This document shows positions 1 through 9,870 of a stretch of 64,000 bases of DNA, piece by piece. The notes beneath the pieces were generated by a model. That model was not told the origin of the DNA, searched no databases, and worked only from the letters and a program-made list of their open reading frames with translations. Each line of letters starts with the position of its first letter. Positions within the stretch are counted from its first letter, which is position 1. Made by a program: the position numbers and the translations under genes. Source of the stretch: Agathobaculum sp. (GTDB taxonomy: Bacteria; Bacillota; Clostridia; Oscillospirales; Butyricicoccaceae); the NCBI RefSeq assembly GCF_034098985.1, contig NZ_JAXEOA010000011.1, forward strand, positions 66,302-130,301, in the 5' to 3' direction.

Positions 1-68
1 GCGCCGATCGTCGCAATCGAACTGATCGCGATTGCAGCGGCAAGCAGCTTGGACGCATGCTTTTTCAT
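1..68 (-). CDS. 5' end of a CDS that runs off the window; signal-peptide-like N-terminus
   Basis: The reverse strand from 68 reads MKKHASKLLAAAIAISSIATIG (basic, then hydrophobic). Only 22 codons are visible and the SD is poorly placed. Confidence 0.3.
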   Translation of the reverse strand, partial: MKKHASKLLAAAIAISSIATIG

Positions 69-587
69 AGACATTTGAATGAACACTCCTACAATGGTCG
101 TGAAAACCCGCGAAAGGCGCGGCAGCCGGTGTTACCGGTTTGTTTTCAGGTTGTTACTGATTTGTTGTCGGTCTGTTTCCGATCTGTAACCTATGATACG
201 ATACCACGGCCGGTTTGTCAAACGGTTTTGAGTAATTTAGTGCAAACTGCCTAAGAGTTTTTGTGTGGTGGACGATTCTCTGTCAACCTCTCTAAAGAAT
301 TCAGCAAATTTGACAAGAAAAACAATAGCTGTTGTATATCCCAAAAGTTACAAATCAAGATATTGGGCATAAAATGCCGCCGAGACTATCTACGCTGCGC
401 AAAGCGTTAGGCGGAAACGCGGTATAAGAGGTGCTGGACGCGGTCATACTGTAGAAGTGCAGAAGCGGAAAAACATCTTTACACACAGCAGGGACTGTGT
501 TATTCTAATATATAGTGTTTGCAGGCCGCGTGTGGAATGTGCCGGAAGTTTCCGGTAAAACCGGCTCTGCGCTGTCACTGTGAAATT

Positions 588-623
588 AAGACGGAGGAAC
601 GGGATTTGCGCTTCGTCTTTTTT
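588..623 (+). terminator. Intrinsic-terminator-like hairpin inside the rnj leader
   Basis: AAGACGGAG (588-596) pairs with CTTCGTCTT (611-619) with one G-U pair, followed by a T-run to 623. Confidence 0.55.
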
Positions 624-697
624 GAAATAAGCGGGTGAAAGTCCTGCGTGCATACTTAAATCTGTTGATTGATTAAAAGGAAAGTGATAAACGTATT

Positions 698-2356
698 ATG
701 AAAGAAAAACTGAAAATCATACCGCTTGGCGGCCTCAATGAGATCGGCAAGAACATGACTGTGATCGAGTACGGAAACGACATCATGGTGATCGACTGCG
801 GCTTGGCCTTTCCCGACGACGATATGCTCGGCGTCGATCTGGTCATCCCGGACACGACGTATCTCAAGCGCAACGCGAACAAGCTGCGCGGCTATGTCAT
901 CACCCACGGCCATGAGGACCATATCGGCGCGATCCCGTACGTGCTGCGCGAGTCCAACGCCCCGGTGTATGGCACCAAGCTGACCTGCGGTATCATTGAA
1001 GCCAAGCTGTCGGAGCATAAAATGCCGCAGAAGGTCAAGCTCAACCGTGTCAAAGCGGGCGATACAATCCGTCTGGGCTGCTTCAAGATCGAGTTCATCC
1101 ACACGAACCATTCGATCGCCGATTCGGTCGCGCTCGCGATCACGACGCCGCTCGGCGTACTGCTGCATACAGGCGACTTCAAGATCGACCTGACGCCCGA
1201 TCTGGGTGAGATGATCGATCTGGTGCGCATTGGCGAGCTCGGCAAAAAGGGCATCCTCGCGCTGATGAGCGACTCCACCAATGTGGAGCGCCCCGGCTAC
1301 ACGCCGAGTGAGAAGATCGTTGGCAAGTCGCTTGAGCGGTTCATTAAGGAGAGCGACCAGCGCATCATCATTGCGACGTTTGCGTCCAATGTATCGCGCT
1401 TGCAGCAGATCTTGGACATCGCCGCACGCACGGGCCGTAAGGTCGCGGTGTGCGGACGCAGCATGGAAAAGATCTCGACTGTTGCCGGTGAGCTGGGCTA
1501 TTTAAAGGATACCAGCAAGACGATGATCGATATCGGCGACATCAAACGCTACCGCCGTGACCAGCTTATTATCGTATCGACAGGCTCGCAGGGCGAGACT
1601 ATGTCGGCGCTGTACCGCATGGCTTACGGCAGCCATAAGCAGGTCGAGGTCACCACAGGCGACCGCATCCTGATCGCGGCTTCCGCGATTCCGGGCAATG
1701 AAAAGTCGGTCAACAATATGGTAAACGAACTGTATAAGCAGGGCGCTGAGGTCATTTACGACCGCTCGGCCGCCATCCATGTTTCCGGCCACGCCTGCCA
1801 GGAAGACCTGAAAATGATGCTCGCACTTTGCAAGCCCAAGTACTTCATTCCGGTACACGGCGAATACCGCATGCTGAAAATGCATGCGAACATTGCAAAA
1901 GAAATGGGTGTCAACCCCAAGAATATTATCGTCAGCGAGATCGGCCGTCCCATCGAGATCGGCGAAAGCTCGGCGCGTCTGGCAAATCCCGTGCCGGCCG
2001 GCCGCCTGCTGGTTGACGGCTTCGGTATCGGCGACGTTGGCACCGCGGTCCTGCGCGACCGTAAGCACCTGTCTGAAGACGGCTTGCTGGTCGTCGTAGT
2101 GACGGTGGACGCGACAACCGGCGTGGTCATCGCGGGCCCGGACATTGTGTCGCGCGGCTTTGTCTATGTTAAGGAAGCCGAAGATTTGATGGAGGAACTG
2201 CGCAAACTGTCGCAGGCCGCGCTCGACCGCTGCTCGGCAGAGGGCGCGCGCGATTGGAACACGCTGAAATCGGCCATCAAGGGCGATTTGAGCGATTACC
2301 TGTTCAAAAAGACCAAGCGCAGCCCAATGGTGCTGCCGATCATCATGGAAATTTAA
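698..2356 (+). CDS. rnj: Ribonuclease J
   Basis: 552-aa ORF with the metallo-beta-lactamase motif VITHGHEDHIGAIPYV. Length and layout fit beta-CASP RNase J. Confidence 0.95.
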   Translation: MKEKLKIIPLGGLNEIGKNMTVIEYGNDIMVIDCGLAFPDDDMLGVDLVIPDTTYLKRNANKLRGYVITHGHEDHIGAIPYVLRESNAPVYGTKLTCGIIEAKLSEHKMPQKVKLNRVKAGDTIRLGCFKIEFIHTNHSIADSVALAITTPLGVLLHTGDFKIDLTPDLGEMIDLVRIGELGKKGILALMSDSTNVERPGYTPSEKIVGKSLERFIKESDQRIIIATFASNVSRLQQILDIAARTGRKVAVCGRSMEKISTVAGELGYLKDTSKTMIDIGDIKRYRRDQLIIVSTGSQGETMSALYRMAYGSHKQVEVTTGDRILIAASAIPGNEKSVNNMVNELYKQGAEVIYDRSAAIHVSGHACQEDLKMMLALCKPKYFIPVHGEYRMLKMHANIAKEMGVNPKNIIVSEIGRPIEIGESSARLANPVPAGRLLVDGFGIGDVGTAVLRDRKHLSEDGLLVVVVTVDATTGVVIAGPDIVSRGFVYVKEAEDLMEELRKLSQAALDRCSAEGARDWNTLKSAIKGDLSDYLFKKTKRSPMVLPIIMEI

Positions 2357-2365
2357 ACGCGAACA

Positions 2366-2396
2366 GGCGGCTGTCCGATGGACAGCCGCCTTTTTT
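2366..2396 (+). terminator. Rho-independent terminator after rnj
   Basis: GGCGGCTGTCC-GAT-GGACAGCCGCC followed by TTTTTT. Confidence 0.85.
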
Positions 2397-2437
2397 GCTG
2401 CTATACTGACCTTATCCTATGGAGAGAAGGTTGAAGC

Positions 2438-3253
2438 ATGGAGTTTGCACGCGTATTTGCGATGTATTGGAGCGCGACAGGGACGACGGAAAAAACAGTC
2501 CTGACTGTGGCGCGTGTGCTGGCGCAGGAGCTGAAACTGCCTTGCGAGACGTATGATTTCACACTGCCCGCCGCCCGGCAGTCCTCGCCGGCGTTTTGCG
2601 GGAGCGATCTTGTGGTATTCGGCACGCCGACTTACGCGGGGCGCGTGCCCAACGTCCTGCTGAAATATCTGGACACGCTGCAGGGCGGCGGCGCGGCGGC
2701 GGTGCCGGTCGTCACCTTTGGCAACCGCGATTTTGACGATTCGCTCATCGAGCTGCGCGATATCCTTAGCGGACATGGGTTCGGGCCGTTCGCGGCGGCC
2801 GCATTCGCCTGCCAGCACTCGTTTTCCGAGGTGCTGGGCGCCGGGCGGCCGGATGCAGACGATCTTGCATGCATGGAGCGGTTCGCTGCCGCGGCGGCAG
2901 ACAAGGCGCGCGCGGGGCGTTTTGAGTTGATCGAGGTCGCGGGCACGCCCAAGCCCTACCGCGGCTACTACCAGCCGCGCGACAGGGCGGGAAACCCGAT
3001 CGATATCCGAAAGGTCAAGCCTAAAACACATGATTTTTGCGACGGCGGCGGAAAATGCGCCCGCGTCTGCCCGATGGCCGCGATCAATCCGGACGACGTA
3101 AAGGAAATCCGCGGGATTTGCATCAAGTGCGGCGCGTGCGTGAAAAAATGCCCGCGCGGGGCGAAATATTTTGACGATCCGGGCTACTTATATCATAAGA
3201 CCGAACTCGAGGAGATGTACAAGCGCCGAGCCGAGCCTTCGCTGTTTTTATAA
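2438..3253 (+). CDS. Flavodoxin-like / 4Fe-4S dicluster domain fusion protein
   Basis: The N-terminus is flavodoxin-like (MYWSATGTTEKT). C-terminal Cys motifs are CDGGGKCARVCP and CIKCGACVKKCP. An SD (GGAGAGAAGG) lies upstream. Confidence 0.8.
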   Translation: MEFARVFAMYWSATGTTEKTVLTVARVLAQELKLPCETYDFTLPAARQSSPAFCGSDLVVFGTPTYAGRVPNVLLKYLDTLQGGGAAAVPVVTFGNRDFDDSLIELRDILSGHGFGPFAAAAFACQHSFSEVLGAGRPDADDLACMERFAAAAADKARAGRFELIEVAGTPKPYRGYYQPRDRAGNPIDIRKVKPKTHDFCDGGGKCARVCPMAAINPDDVKEIRGICIKCGACVKKCPRGAKYFDDPGYLYHKTELEEMYKRRAEPSLFL

Positions 3254-3290
3254 AAAAAACCGGACTGTTATCCAGTCCGGTTCTTTTCTT
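3253..3290. terminator. Bidirectional terminator between convergent genes
   Basis: A-run, then ACCGGACTG / CAGTCCGGT stem, then a T-rich tail. Confidence 0.7.
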
Positions 3291-3833
3291 TTACTGTGCC
3301 TGATACATGCCAATTTTTTTCAGTTCGCCTATCATGTCGGGCACGGTCTGTCCGGCGATCTCTAGCCGGCGCGCCTCGCCCGGATGTTCCTCGGAAAACG
3401 TATCCCATACTGTTTGAAGCTGCTCCACGCGCGGCACGTCAAACTGCTTGAGCAAGGGGAAAAAACGCGGCAGATCGGGGGAATACAGCGAAAGCACCTT
3501 GTATTTCTGCACAAATAGCTCTTCCTCGCTCTCGTGCGAAGCGATCGCAAACGAGGAAAGCCCGTCCTGATAGAGCAATTCGCCGTAGCCGTCCAAAATC
3601 ATGGAGAGCTGGCGGCGGGTCATACCGTCCAGATAGTAAACGGTCTCCTCGTCCTCTGCGTCAGGGTGGACAGCGAGGAACAGCGGCTCGGGCAACAGAC
3701 TGTAAAACGCTTCCACAAAGGCGGCGAGCTTTTCATAGCTGAGGTTGACGGTCAGCGTGTCGTCAAGAATCTGATAGCCCTCCTCGATCTGCTCGGGAAA
3801 TGGAATGGTCACGCCGGCGGCGGTTTGGAACAT
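3291..3833 (-). CDS. Hypothetical acidic protein downstream of birA
   Basis: Open frame directly after birA. AAGGAG lies 9 nt before ATG 3833; the alternative ATG 3857 overlaps the birA stop as TAATG. I recognise no family. Confidence 0.6.
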   Translation of the reverse strand: MFQTAAGVTIPFPEQIEEGYQILDDTLTVNLSYEKLAAFVEAFYSLLPEPLFLAVHPDAEDEETVYYLDGMTRRQLSMILDGYGELLYQDGLSSFAIASHESEEELFVQKYKVLSLYSPDLPRFFPLLKQFDVPRVEQLQTVWDTFSEEHPGEARRLEIAGQTVPDMIGELKKIGMYQAQ

Positions 3834-3856
3834 ATTTAAAATCTCCTTTGCATACA

Positions 3857-4831
3857 TTAAAATCGGATGCTGATCTCTCCGGAGGACAGTGTTCGCGTTT
3901 GTCCATCTCCTGTTTGGACAAGCAGGTGACCGCTCTTATCCAGCCCGGTGCATTGCGCCTGATAGCTTCCGGTGGGGCCGGTGACCGTAACCGGACGGCC
4001 GATGCAGCATAGGCGGGAACGGTAGGCTTCGAGCAGCATGTCAGCGCGCCCCTGTTCTAGCAGGGCATAGGCGTCCTCAAACGTTTTGAGCAGCGCCGCC
4101 GCGAGCGCGGCGCGGCGCGGCGGCGTGCCGAAGTCGCTCAAAGCGCCTGCGACTTTCCGCACTTCGTCCGGCCATTCAGGATTTCCGCGCAGGTTGATGC
4201 CGATACCGACAACGGCCGCGCCGACCGCGCCGGTTTCTCCCTCGATGATAGCTTCAGTCAGAATGCCGCAGAGCTTTTTGCCGTCCCGCAGCACGTCGTT
4301 GACCCATTTGATTTGCGGGGAAAAGCCGGCGGTTTGCTCGATCGCTTCGCACACCGCGACTGCCGCCGCGATAGTGACGAATTGGAGCTGGGAAAGTGCA
4401 AACGAGGGATGCAGTAGCAGGCTAATGTACAAGCCGGTCCCCGCGGGCGAAGCGAACGAGCGCCCGAGACGGCCGCGCCCGCCGGTCTGCGCCTCGGCGA
4501 GAAGCGCGAAGCCGTGCGGCTTGTCCAGATAGTCCTGCTTGAGCACGGTATTGGTCGAGCTGAGCGAGGGGACGACAAGCAGCTCGCGTCCAAACGCGCG
4601 GGTCGTCAGCAGCGCGCTGATACCGGCAGCGGTCAGGCTGTCGTCGTCGGATGCCAGACGGTAGCCCTCTCCTGGTACCGCGTCGATAGAAAGCCCCTCC
4701 GCGCGCAGCGCGTCGATCGCTTTCCAAACAGCGGCGCGCGATACACCGAGCGAAGCGGCAAGTGCCCCGCCTGATATCCGTGCGCCCCGTGCGTTTTCGA
4801 GCGCCTGCAAAACCGCGTCTTTCACTGCCAT
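3857..4831 (-). CDS. birA: Bifunctional biotin-[acetyl-CoA-carboxylase] ligase / transcriptional repressor BirA
   Basis: N-terminal HTH (LGVSRAAVWKAIDALRAEG) and ligase motif GGRGRLGRSF. ATG 4831 follows a GGAGG SD; the ORF-track start at 4951 is an upstream extension. Confidence 0.9.
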   Translation of the reverse strand: MAVKDAVLQALENARGARISGGALAASLGVSRAAVWKAIDALRAEGLSIDAVPGEGYRLASDDDSLTAAGISALLTTRAFGRELLVVPSLSSTNTVLKQDYLDKPHGFALLAEAQTGGRGRLGRSFASPAGTGLYISLLLHPSFALSQLQFVTIAAAVAVCEAIEQTAGFSPQIKWVNDVLRDGKKLCGILTEAIIEGETGAVGAAVVGIGINLRGNPEWPDEVRKVAGALSDFGTPPRRAALAAALLKTFEDAYALLEQGRADMLLEAYRSRLCCIGRPVTVTGPTGSYQAQCTGLDKSGHLLVQTGDGQTRTLSSGEISIRF

Positions 4832-4847
4832 GGCGTTTGTTGCCTCC

Positions 4848-4893
4848 TTGTAAACGATATGTCTATTGTAAACCATGCGCGCGGATAGTACAA
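4848..4893. promoter_or_regulatory. Candidate BirA operator-like half-sites in the birA/ylmH-like divergent region
   Basis: TTGTAAAC occurs at 4848-4855 and TTGTAAACC at 4866-4874 as a direct repeat. A weak inverted partner GTACAA lies at 4888-4893. Confidence 0.3.
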
Positions 4894-4914
4894 TGGGGGA
4901 AAGGGGAGAATGCT

Positions 4915-5712
4915 TTGAAATCCAAACAGGAAATTCTGTCCGCGCTCGCACAAACGGAAGACGATAGGGTGCTGCTGGCCGGATTGATGGACAAGGAACA
5001 GACGTGCGTATCGCGCGGATACCTGACCCATAGCCGCTTTCTCGATCTGCGCGAACGCGCGCTCGCGGCCGAAGCCGTGCGGCTGATGGGATCGGCGGGG
5101 CATACGGTGTTCTGGGGCGGGTATGACGACGCTGAGCGGGTGCTCGCGGTGTTTTACCCCGAGTATCTGGAGGAGCCGAGCGCGCGTGAGCAAACGCCGC
5201 TTGCGCTGCTGCGCGCGCATAAGCATCCGGGAGACACGCTTTCCCACCGGGATTATCTGGGCGCGCTGATGGGGCTGCAGATCGACCGCGCGGTGATTGG
5301 GGACATCCTGGTGCACGACGGGGGCGCCGACGTGCTGGTGCTTGAGGATATGGCAGAGTTTATTCTGCTGCATTTCGATAAGGCCGGCCGGAAACGGCTG
5401 ACGCTGTCCCGCGAGCCGCTCGCATCGCTTCGGCAGGCGCAGGCCGGGGAAACGGAAGGCGAAGGCTCGGTCGCGTCGCCGCGGCTGGACGCGGTGCTCG
5501 CGTTGGTGTTCCGCCTGTCCCGCGGCGAGGCGCAGGAACAGATTGCGCGGGGCGCAGTGTTTTTAAACCATGCGCAGTGCCTGAAAGGGGAACGCACGGT
5601 GGCCGAGGGTGACCGCCTGACTCTGCGCGGTATGGGGCGCGTGCGGATCCTGTCGTTCGGCGGGGTGAGCAGGAAAGGGCGTATTTTTATCAAATTTGTC
5701 AAAAGCTGCTGA
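4915..5712 (+). CDS. YlmH-like RNA-binding S4 domain protein
   Basis: C-terminal S4-like segment (LDAVLALVFRLSRGEAQEQIARGAVFLN). TTG 4915 is preceded by AAGGGGAG; the ORF-track start at 4762 overlaps birA. Confidence 0.65.
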   Translation: MKSKQEILSALAQTEDDRVLLAGLMDKEQTCVSRGYLTHSRFLDLRERALAAEAVRLMGSAGHTVFWGGYDDAERVLAVFYPEYLEEPSAREQTPLALLRAHKHPGDTLSHRDYLGALMGLQIDRAVIGDILVHDGGADVLVLEDMAEFILLHFDKAGRKRLTLSREPLASLRQAQAGETEGEGSVASPRLDAVLALVFRLSRGEAQEQIARGAVFLNHAQCLKGERTVAEGDRLTLRGMGRVRILSFGGVSRKGRIFIKFVKSC

Positions 5713-5786
5713 GGAAGATTGGGGATTGTCTCTTTTGCTCGGCTATGGTATACTAAACGCAGGAACAATAAGGGGTGGAGAATCTT

Positions 5787-7877
5787 ATGAAAAAGCGATT
5801 CCTGTCTTTACTGCTCTCGGCAACGCTGCTCGCGGGGCTTGTACCCGGCGCGTTTGCCGCGTCCGATATTGACGGACACTGGGCAAATAAGTTTATTTCA
5901 TACTTGAACGACGAAGGCATCTATAAAGCCAGCGCGACCACGGGGAAATACGAACCCGACCGCGAAATGACGCGCGCCGAGTTTATGCGCTATGTCAACC
6001 GCGCGTTCCATTTCACGCAGACCGCGCCGATTTCGTATACTGACGTCAAAACAAACGCTTGGTATTATGAGACCGTGCAGATCGCGGAAAAGTACGGCTA
6101 CATCAACGGTGTGGGCAACAACAAAATGGACCCGGACGGCAAGGTCACGCGCGAACAGGCGGCCACCATTATCGGCCGCTTGTATAAAGCCGACCCGGGC
6201 AATGTTTCGCCCGCTTCGCTGAGCTTCACCGATAAGGAGCAGGTCTCCAAATGGAGCGCGGGCTATATCAAGGCTGCGGCGGACAAGGGCTTCCTCGCGG
6301 GCTATTCGGATGGTTCGTTCAAGCCGCAAAAGGTTGTTACCCGCGCGGAAGTCGCTAAAATTTTGTATTTTTATTTGGGCACTTCTTTGTCCACCGCCGG
6401 CAAGGCATACACAGGCGGCGATCTCAAAAGCGATACGGCCAACGTGACGATTTCTGAAAACTGTACGCTGTCCGACGCGACGATCACAGGCGACTTGTAC
6501 ATTTCCGAGGGCTTGGCTTCGGACGCGGTCACGCTGACCAACGTTACGGTCGAGGGCTCGATCATCGTGTCCGGCGGCACAGTGACTATGATGAATACGA
6601 CGAGCGACCATATTCTGGTTTCGTCTCCGATGGGGCGCCTGCTGCAGGTAACTGCAACGGGCGCCAGCCACATAAAGACCACTGAGATCCAGTCCGCGGC
6701 GACGCTGTACGAGCGCGGCCTCACAACGGCGGGGTATGAGGGCTTTTCTGATGTCATTGTCGATGGGGATGCGAGCGTATCGCTAACGCTGGACGCCGCG
6801 GTCGCCAATATGCAGATCGACAGCAAGGCCGCGGTCAGTATGACCGCGAATGCTTCGGTCTACCATTTGACTTTTAACGAGGCGGCCACACTGACCGGCT
6901 ACGGCACGGTTTACCAGGCCGACGTTAAAAAGAGCGGTATTTCGATCGCCAAGGATATCACGGTGGCGGGCTATACGCTGGCAAAGGGCGTTTCCGCTGT
7001 GATCAACGGCGGCACGGTAACAACTTCAAGCTCGGCGGGCGTTTCGCCGACTAAGATTGAGGTCGATCTGAATGACCTGACCAAACTGGGGACAGGCGTA
7101 GATATTTCGCTGCCTACCGGTGTGACCGCATCCTCAGTCACCGGCGACGGCATTATCCTTTCGCCCTCCGTAGGCTATACAAAGACTTCGAGTGGGCTGC
7201 GTGTGCTGACCTCGTATCTGGCAACGCTATCCAAGGGCAATCATACGCTGGTCATCACCATGTCGGATGGCAAAAAAGCGAGCGTGGCTGTCAGCGTGGC
7301 CAATTCCAGCGCGAGCGCGGACGCGATCGACCTGTCGTTCGACCGGTACTATAAATCGAGCGGCTTTAAAGATCTGAACGTGCGCGTAAGCGGAGTAAGC
7401 GCGGAAAGCGACATCCGCCGCGTGGTGCTTGGCCTCAGCAATCTGGATTTTGGCTTTAACAGTTCGACCCGCAACCTTGTCCTGCGCCGCGGCGTACTCG
7501 CGCAGCTTCGCGAGGGCAGCTACACGGTCACAGTTGACCTGGCGGACGGCAATTCCCAGATGCTCAGCCTGACCGTCACAGATTCTACGCCCGCGGACGT
7601 TACGACGCTGGTCGGCGAGTATGACACCTATAATCCGGTCGAGCCGGGCTTCACGGTGGATGAACTCAGCCGCCTGTCCGTGCGCAGTGTGACCACGGTC
7701 AAAAGCGGTTCGGTGCAAACGCTGGCTGCAAATACCGATTATACCGTAGGCACGCGGACGCTGACGCTTAAAAAGGCCGCGCTGGAAAAGTACCGCGCGG
7801 CAAAGGGGATTGTTGAATTTACAGTAACGCTGTCGGATAATTCGACAATAACGCTGCTGGTCGATTACATTTCATAA
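5787..7877 (+). CDS. SLH-domain cell-surface protein
   Basis: Signal peptide MKKRFLSLLLSATLLAGLVPGAFA. Three SLH-like repeats (MTRAEFMRYVNRAF, VTREQAATIIGRLY, VTRAEVAKILYFYL) precede a long Thr/Val/Ser-rich region. Confidence 0.85.
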   Translation: MKKRFLSLLLSATLLAGLVPGAFAASDIDGHWANKFISYLNDEGIYKASATTGKYEPDREMTRAEFMRYVNRAFHFTQTAPISYTDVKTNAWYYETVQIAEKYGYINGVGNNKMDPDGKVTREQAATIIGRLYKADPGNVSPASLSFTDKEQVSKWSAGYIKAAADKGFLAGYSDGSFKPQKVVTRAEVAKILYFYLGTSLSTAGKAYTGGDLKSDTANVTISENCTLSDATITGDLYISEGLASDAVTLTNVTVEGSIIVSGGTVTMMNTTSDHILVSSPMGRLLQVTATGASHIKTTEIQSAATLYERGLTTAGYEGFSDVIVDGDASVSLTLDAAVANMQIDSKAAVSMTANASVYHLTFNEAATLTGYGTVYQADVKKSGISIAKDITVAGYTLAKGVSAVINGGTVTTSSSAGVSPTKIEVDLNDLTKLGTGVDISLPTGVTASSVTGDGIILSPSVGYTKTSSGLRVLTSYLATLSKGNHTLVITMSDGKKASVAVSVANSSASADAIDLSFDRYYKSSGFKDLNVRVSGVSAESDIRRVVLGLSNLDFGFNSSTRNLVLRRGVLAQLREGSYTVTVDLADGNSQMLSLTVTDSTPADVTTLVGEYDTYNPVEPGFTVDELSRLSVRSVTTVKSGSVQTLAANTDYTVGTRTLTLKKAALEKYRAAKGIVEFTVTLSDNSTITLLVDYIS

Positions 7878-7880
7878 ACC

Positions 7881-9191
7881 TTATAGCGAACGGAAATGCC
7901 GCGCGGCGTATACGAGCGTCACGCAGAGCGTGGCCGCTTCTACAACCGGAAACGTCGCCCATACGCCGTCCATCCCGAAAAGCGACGAAAGCACGAGTAG
8001 CAGCGGAATAACAGCGACCAATCCGCGCAGGATGGAAATAGTGAAACCTTGCCGCGCCTGCCCGGCCGCGCTGAAAAAGCCTGCGGCTACCACATTGACG
8101 CCGGCGCAGAAAAAGCCGGTGAAATAGATGTGCAAGCCGCGCACTGCGAGCGCGCCAAGAACGGGGTCGTGCTGACTGTTAAAGGCGGCGGCAAGCGGCT
8201 GCGCGAACAGCAGTACGGCTGCGTACAGTGCCGCCGCGATGCTGAGCGCGAGCACGATGGCGTATCGGAACAGGCGCCGCAGCGCGTTTGTATCGCTATG
8301 TCCGAAGCAGCGGCTGACCAGCGGCTGTGCGCCTTGCGCCGCGCCAGTGAAGATTGACGCGCCGACGATTGCCAAATTGGCGACCACGCCGTAAGCGGCA
8401 ACGCCGGTATTGCCGGTAATGCGCAGGATAACCAGATTATACAGCAGCAGTACAAAACCCGTGGCCAGTTCACCGATTAAAGCGGACAGCCCGGGTGCGC
8501 ACACCGCACTGATGAGGCGCGGTTGAACGCGCGTTTTGCGCAACCGGAAGCCGCATGCGCCGCTGCGCAAATGGCGGGAGAGGACCGCAATGCCGATGAG
8601 CGGGGAAAGCCCAGTCGCGAGCGCGGCGCCAAAGATTCCAAGGCCGCAAGGGAAAACCAGCACGTAGTCCAAAATGATGTTGGTCAGACTGCCGAGTAAC
8701 ATACCGAGCATAGCGGTGCGCGGCGCTCCATCGTTTCGAACGAACGCGGTCAATACGTCATTCAGCAGGAACGCGGGCGCAAAGCAAAGCAGCACGCGAA
8801 GATAGGTGACCGTCATCGGCAGCATATCCGTGTCCGCGCCGAGCAGCCGTGCGAGTGGCGTCACGCCGAACACACCGGTCGCTATGCATACTGCACTGAC
8901 ACAAAGCGCAAGCAGCATCGCGTGAAAGAATGCGTGTTGCACGCCTTCGGGATCGTTTTGTGCGCGGCAGACCGCATAGCGCGTCGCACCGCCGATTCCG
9001 GCCATCAGGCCGACACCGTGCATCAGGCTGTAAGCCGGGATCGCGAGGTTGAGAGCGGTCAACCCGGCGGCGCCCGTCCCTTGAGCAATGAAGAACGTAT
9101 CCGCAAGAATATAACAGGACACGCCGAGCATGCCCAAGATATTCAGCATTGCATATTTGGAAAATTCTTGTTTCAGCGTGGTCGTCTGCAT
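7881..9191 (-). CDS. MATE family efflux transporter
   Basis: Polytopic hydrophobic profile with a MATE-type N-terminus (NILGMLGVSCYILADTFFIAQGTG). ATG 9191 follows GGAGGA. Confidence 0.9.
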   Translation of the reverse strand: MQTTTLKQEFSKYAMLNILGMLGVSCYILADTFFIAQGTGAAGLTALNLAIPAYSLMHGVGLMAGIGGATRYAVCRAQNDPEGVQHAFFHAMLLALCVSAVCIATGVFGVTPLARLLGADTDMLPMTVTYLRVLLCFAPAFLLNDVLTAFVRNDGAPRTAMLGMLLGSLTNIILDYVLVFPCGLGIFGAALATGLSPLIGIAVLSRHLRSGACGFRLRKTRVQPRLISAVCAPGLSALIGELATGFVLLLYNLVILRITGNTGVAAYGVVANLAIVGASIFTGAAQGAQPLVSRCFGHSDTNALRRLFRYAIVLALSIAAALYAAVLLFAQPLAAAFNSQHDPVLGALAVRGLHIYFTGFFCAGVNVVAAGFFSAAGQARQGFTISILRGLVAVIPLLLVLSSLFGMDGVWATFPVVEAATLCVTLVYAARHFRSL

Positions 9192-9297
9192 GGTTTCCTC
9201 CAAGAAAAAGCGTCCGGCAGCGCAACACCTGCAATGGCCTGACGGTGTTGTGTCCGAACGCTGATATGACTTTACCCGGCGGCAAAGCGGCGTTTTA

Positions 9298-9870
9298 TTA
9301 TGAATCCAACATGGTTTTGCAGCTGTTCAGGCAGCTGGCCGCGAACAAGGAGAGCAGATGAGCAATTTGCTCGGGCGGTTCGTTGCAATCAGCAAGCAAC
9401 CATTGCTCAATCACGGCAGACGCGCCGCTGGTTGAGAACGCGTAGACCAGCTCGAGCAGGCGTTCTGGCGCCTGCGGGAACAGGCTTCGCCAGTGCTGAA
9501 GAAAGCCTTCGCGCGTGAGCCGCCCCAGCTGTTTGACGAATTGCGGATTGCCGTGTTCGCTCAAAATGGCCAAGCACAGCGGGCGGCGCGCCTGAACTAC
9601 GCAAAGCATGGCCTCGATATGCCCCTGCAGAGAAGCGCTGGGCTGTGTGCTGAACGTACGGCCCATCTCATCGATCAGGTCGTTTTCCATCTGTTCGAGC
9701 AGATCGTAGACATCCTTGTAATGCAGATAAAACGTACTGCGGTTGATGCCGGCGCGCGCGCAGACATCGGTCACAGTGATATGCTTGACCGGTTTTTCCA
9801 GCAGCAGTTCCAGAAGCGCGCAGCGCAGCGCGTCGCGCGTATACTGTACGCGGGGATTTTGCCTGGGCAT
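9298..9870 (-). CDS. TetR/AcrR family transcriptional regulator
   Basis: HTH ITVTDVCARAGINRSTFYLHYKDVYDL, with ATG 9870 and an SD. It lies directly upstream of the MATE gene on the same strand. Confidence 0.9.
   Translation of the reverse strand: MPRQNPRVQYTRDALRCALLELLLEKPVKHITVTDVCARAGINRSTFYLHYKDVYDLLEQMENDLIDEMGRTFSTQPSASLQGHIEAMLCVVQARRPLCLAILSEHGNPQFVKQLGRLTREGFLQHWRSLFPQAPERLLELVYAFSTSGASAVIEQWLLADCNEPPEQIAHLLSLFAASCLNSCKTMLDS

Noticed and set aside
380-470. T-box-like element in the rnj leader (GAGGTGCTGGACGCGG resembles GGGTGGTACCGCG).
   Set aside because: The match needs an insertion. I could find no specifier loop, GA/K-turn or AG-bulge features, and the downstream gene is not an aminoacyl-tRNA-related gene.
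3857-4951. ORF-track N-terminal extensions. Examples are birA to 4951, TetR to 10056, radC from 17906, livF-like from 30377, aquaporin from 61608, amidohydrolase from 48326, and pgi, glyA, hpf and nth.
   Set aside because: The extensions overlap neighbouring genes or promoters, lack an SD and add sequence not seen at family N-termini. In each case an internal ATG/GTG/TTG with a good SD restores the canonical N-terminus.
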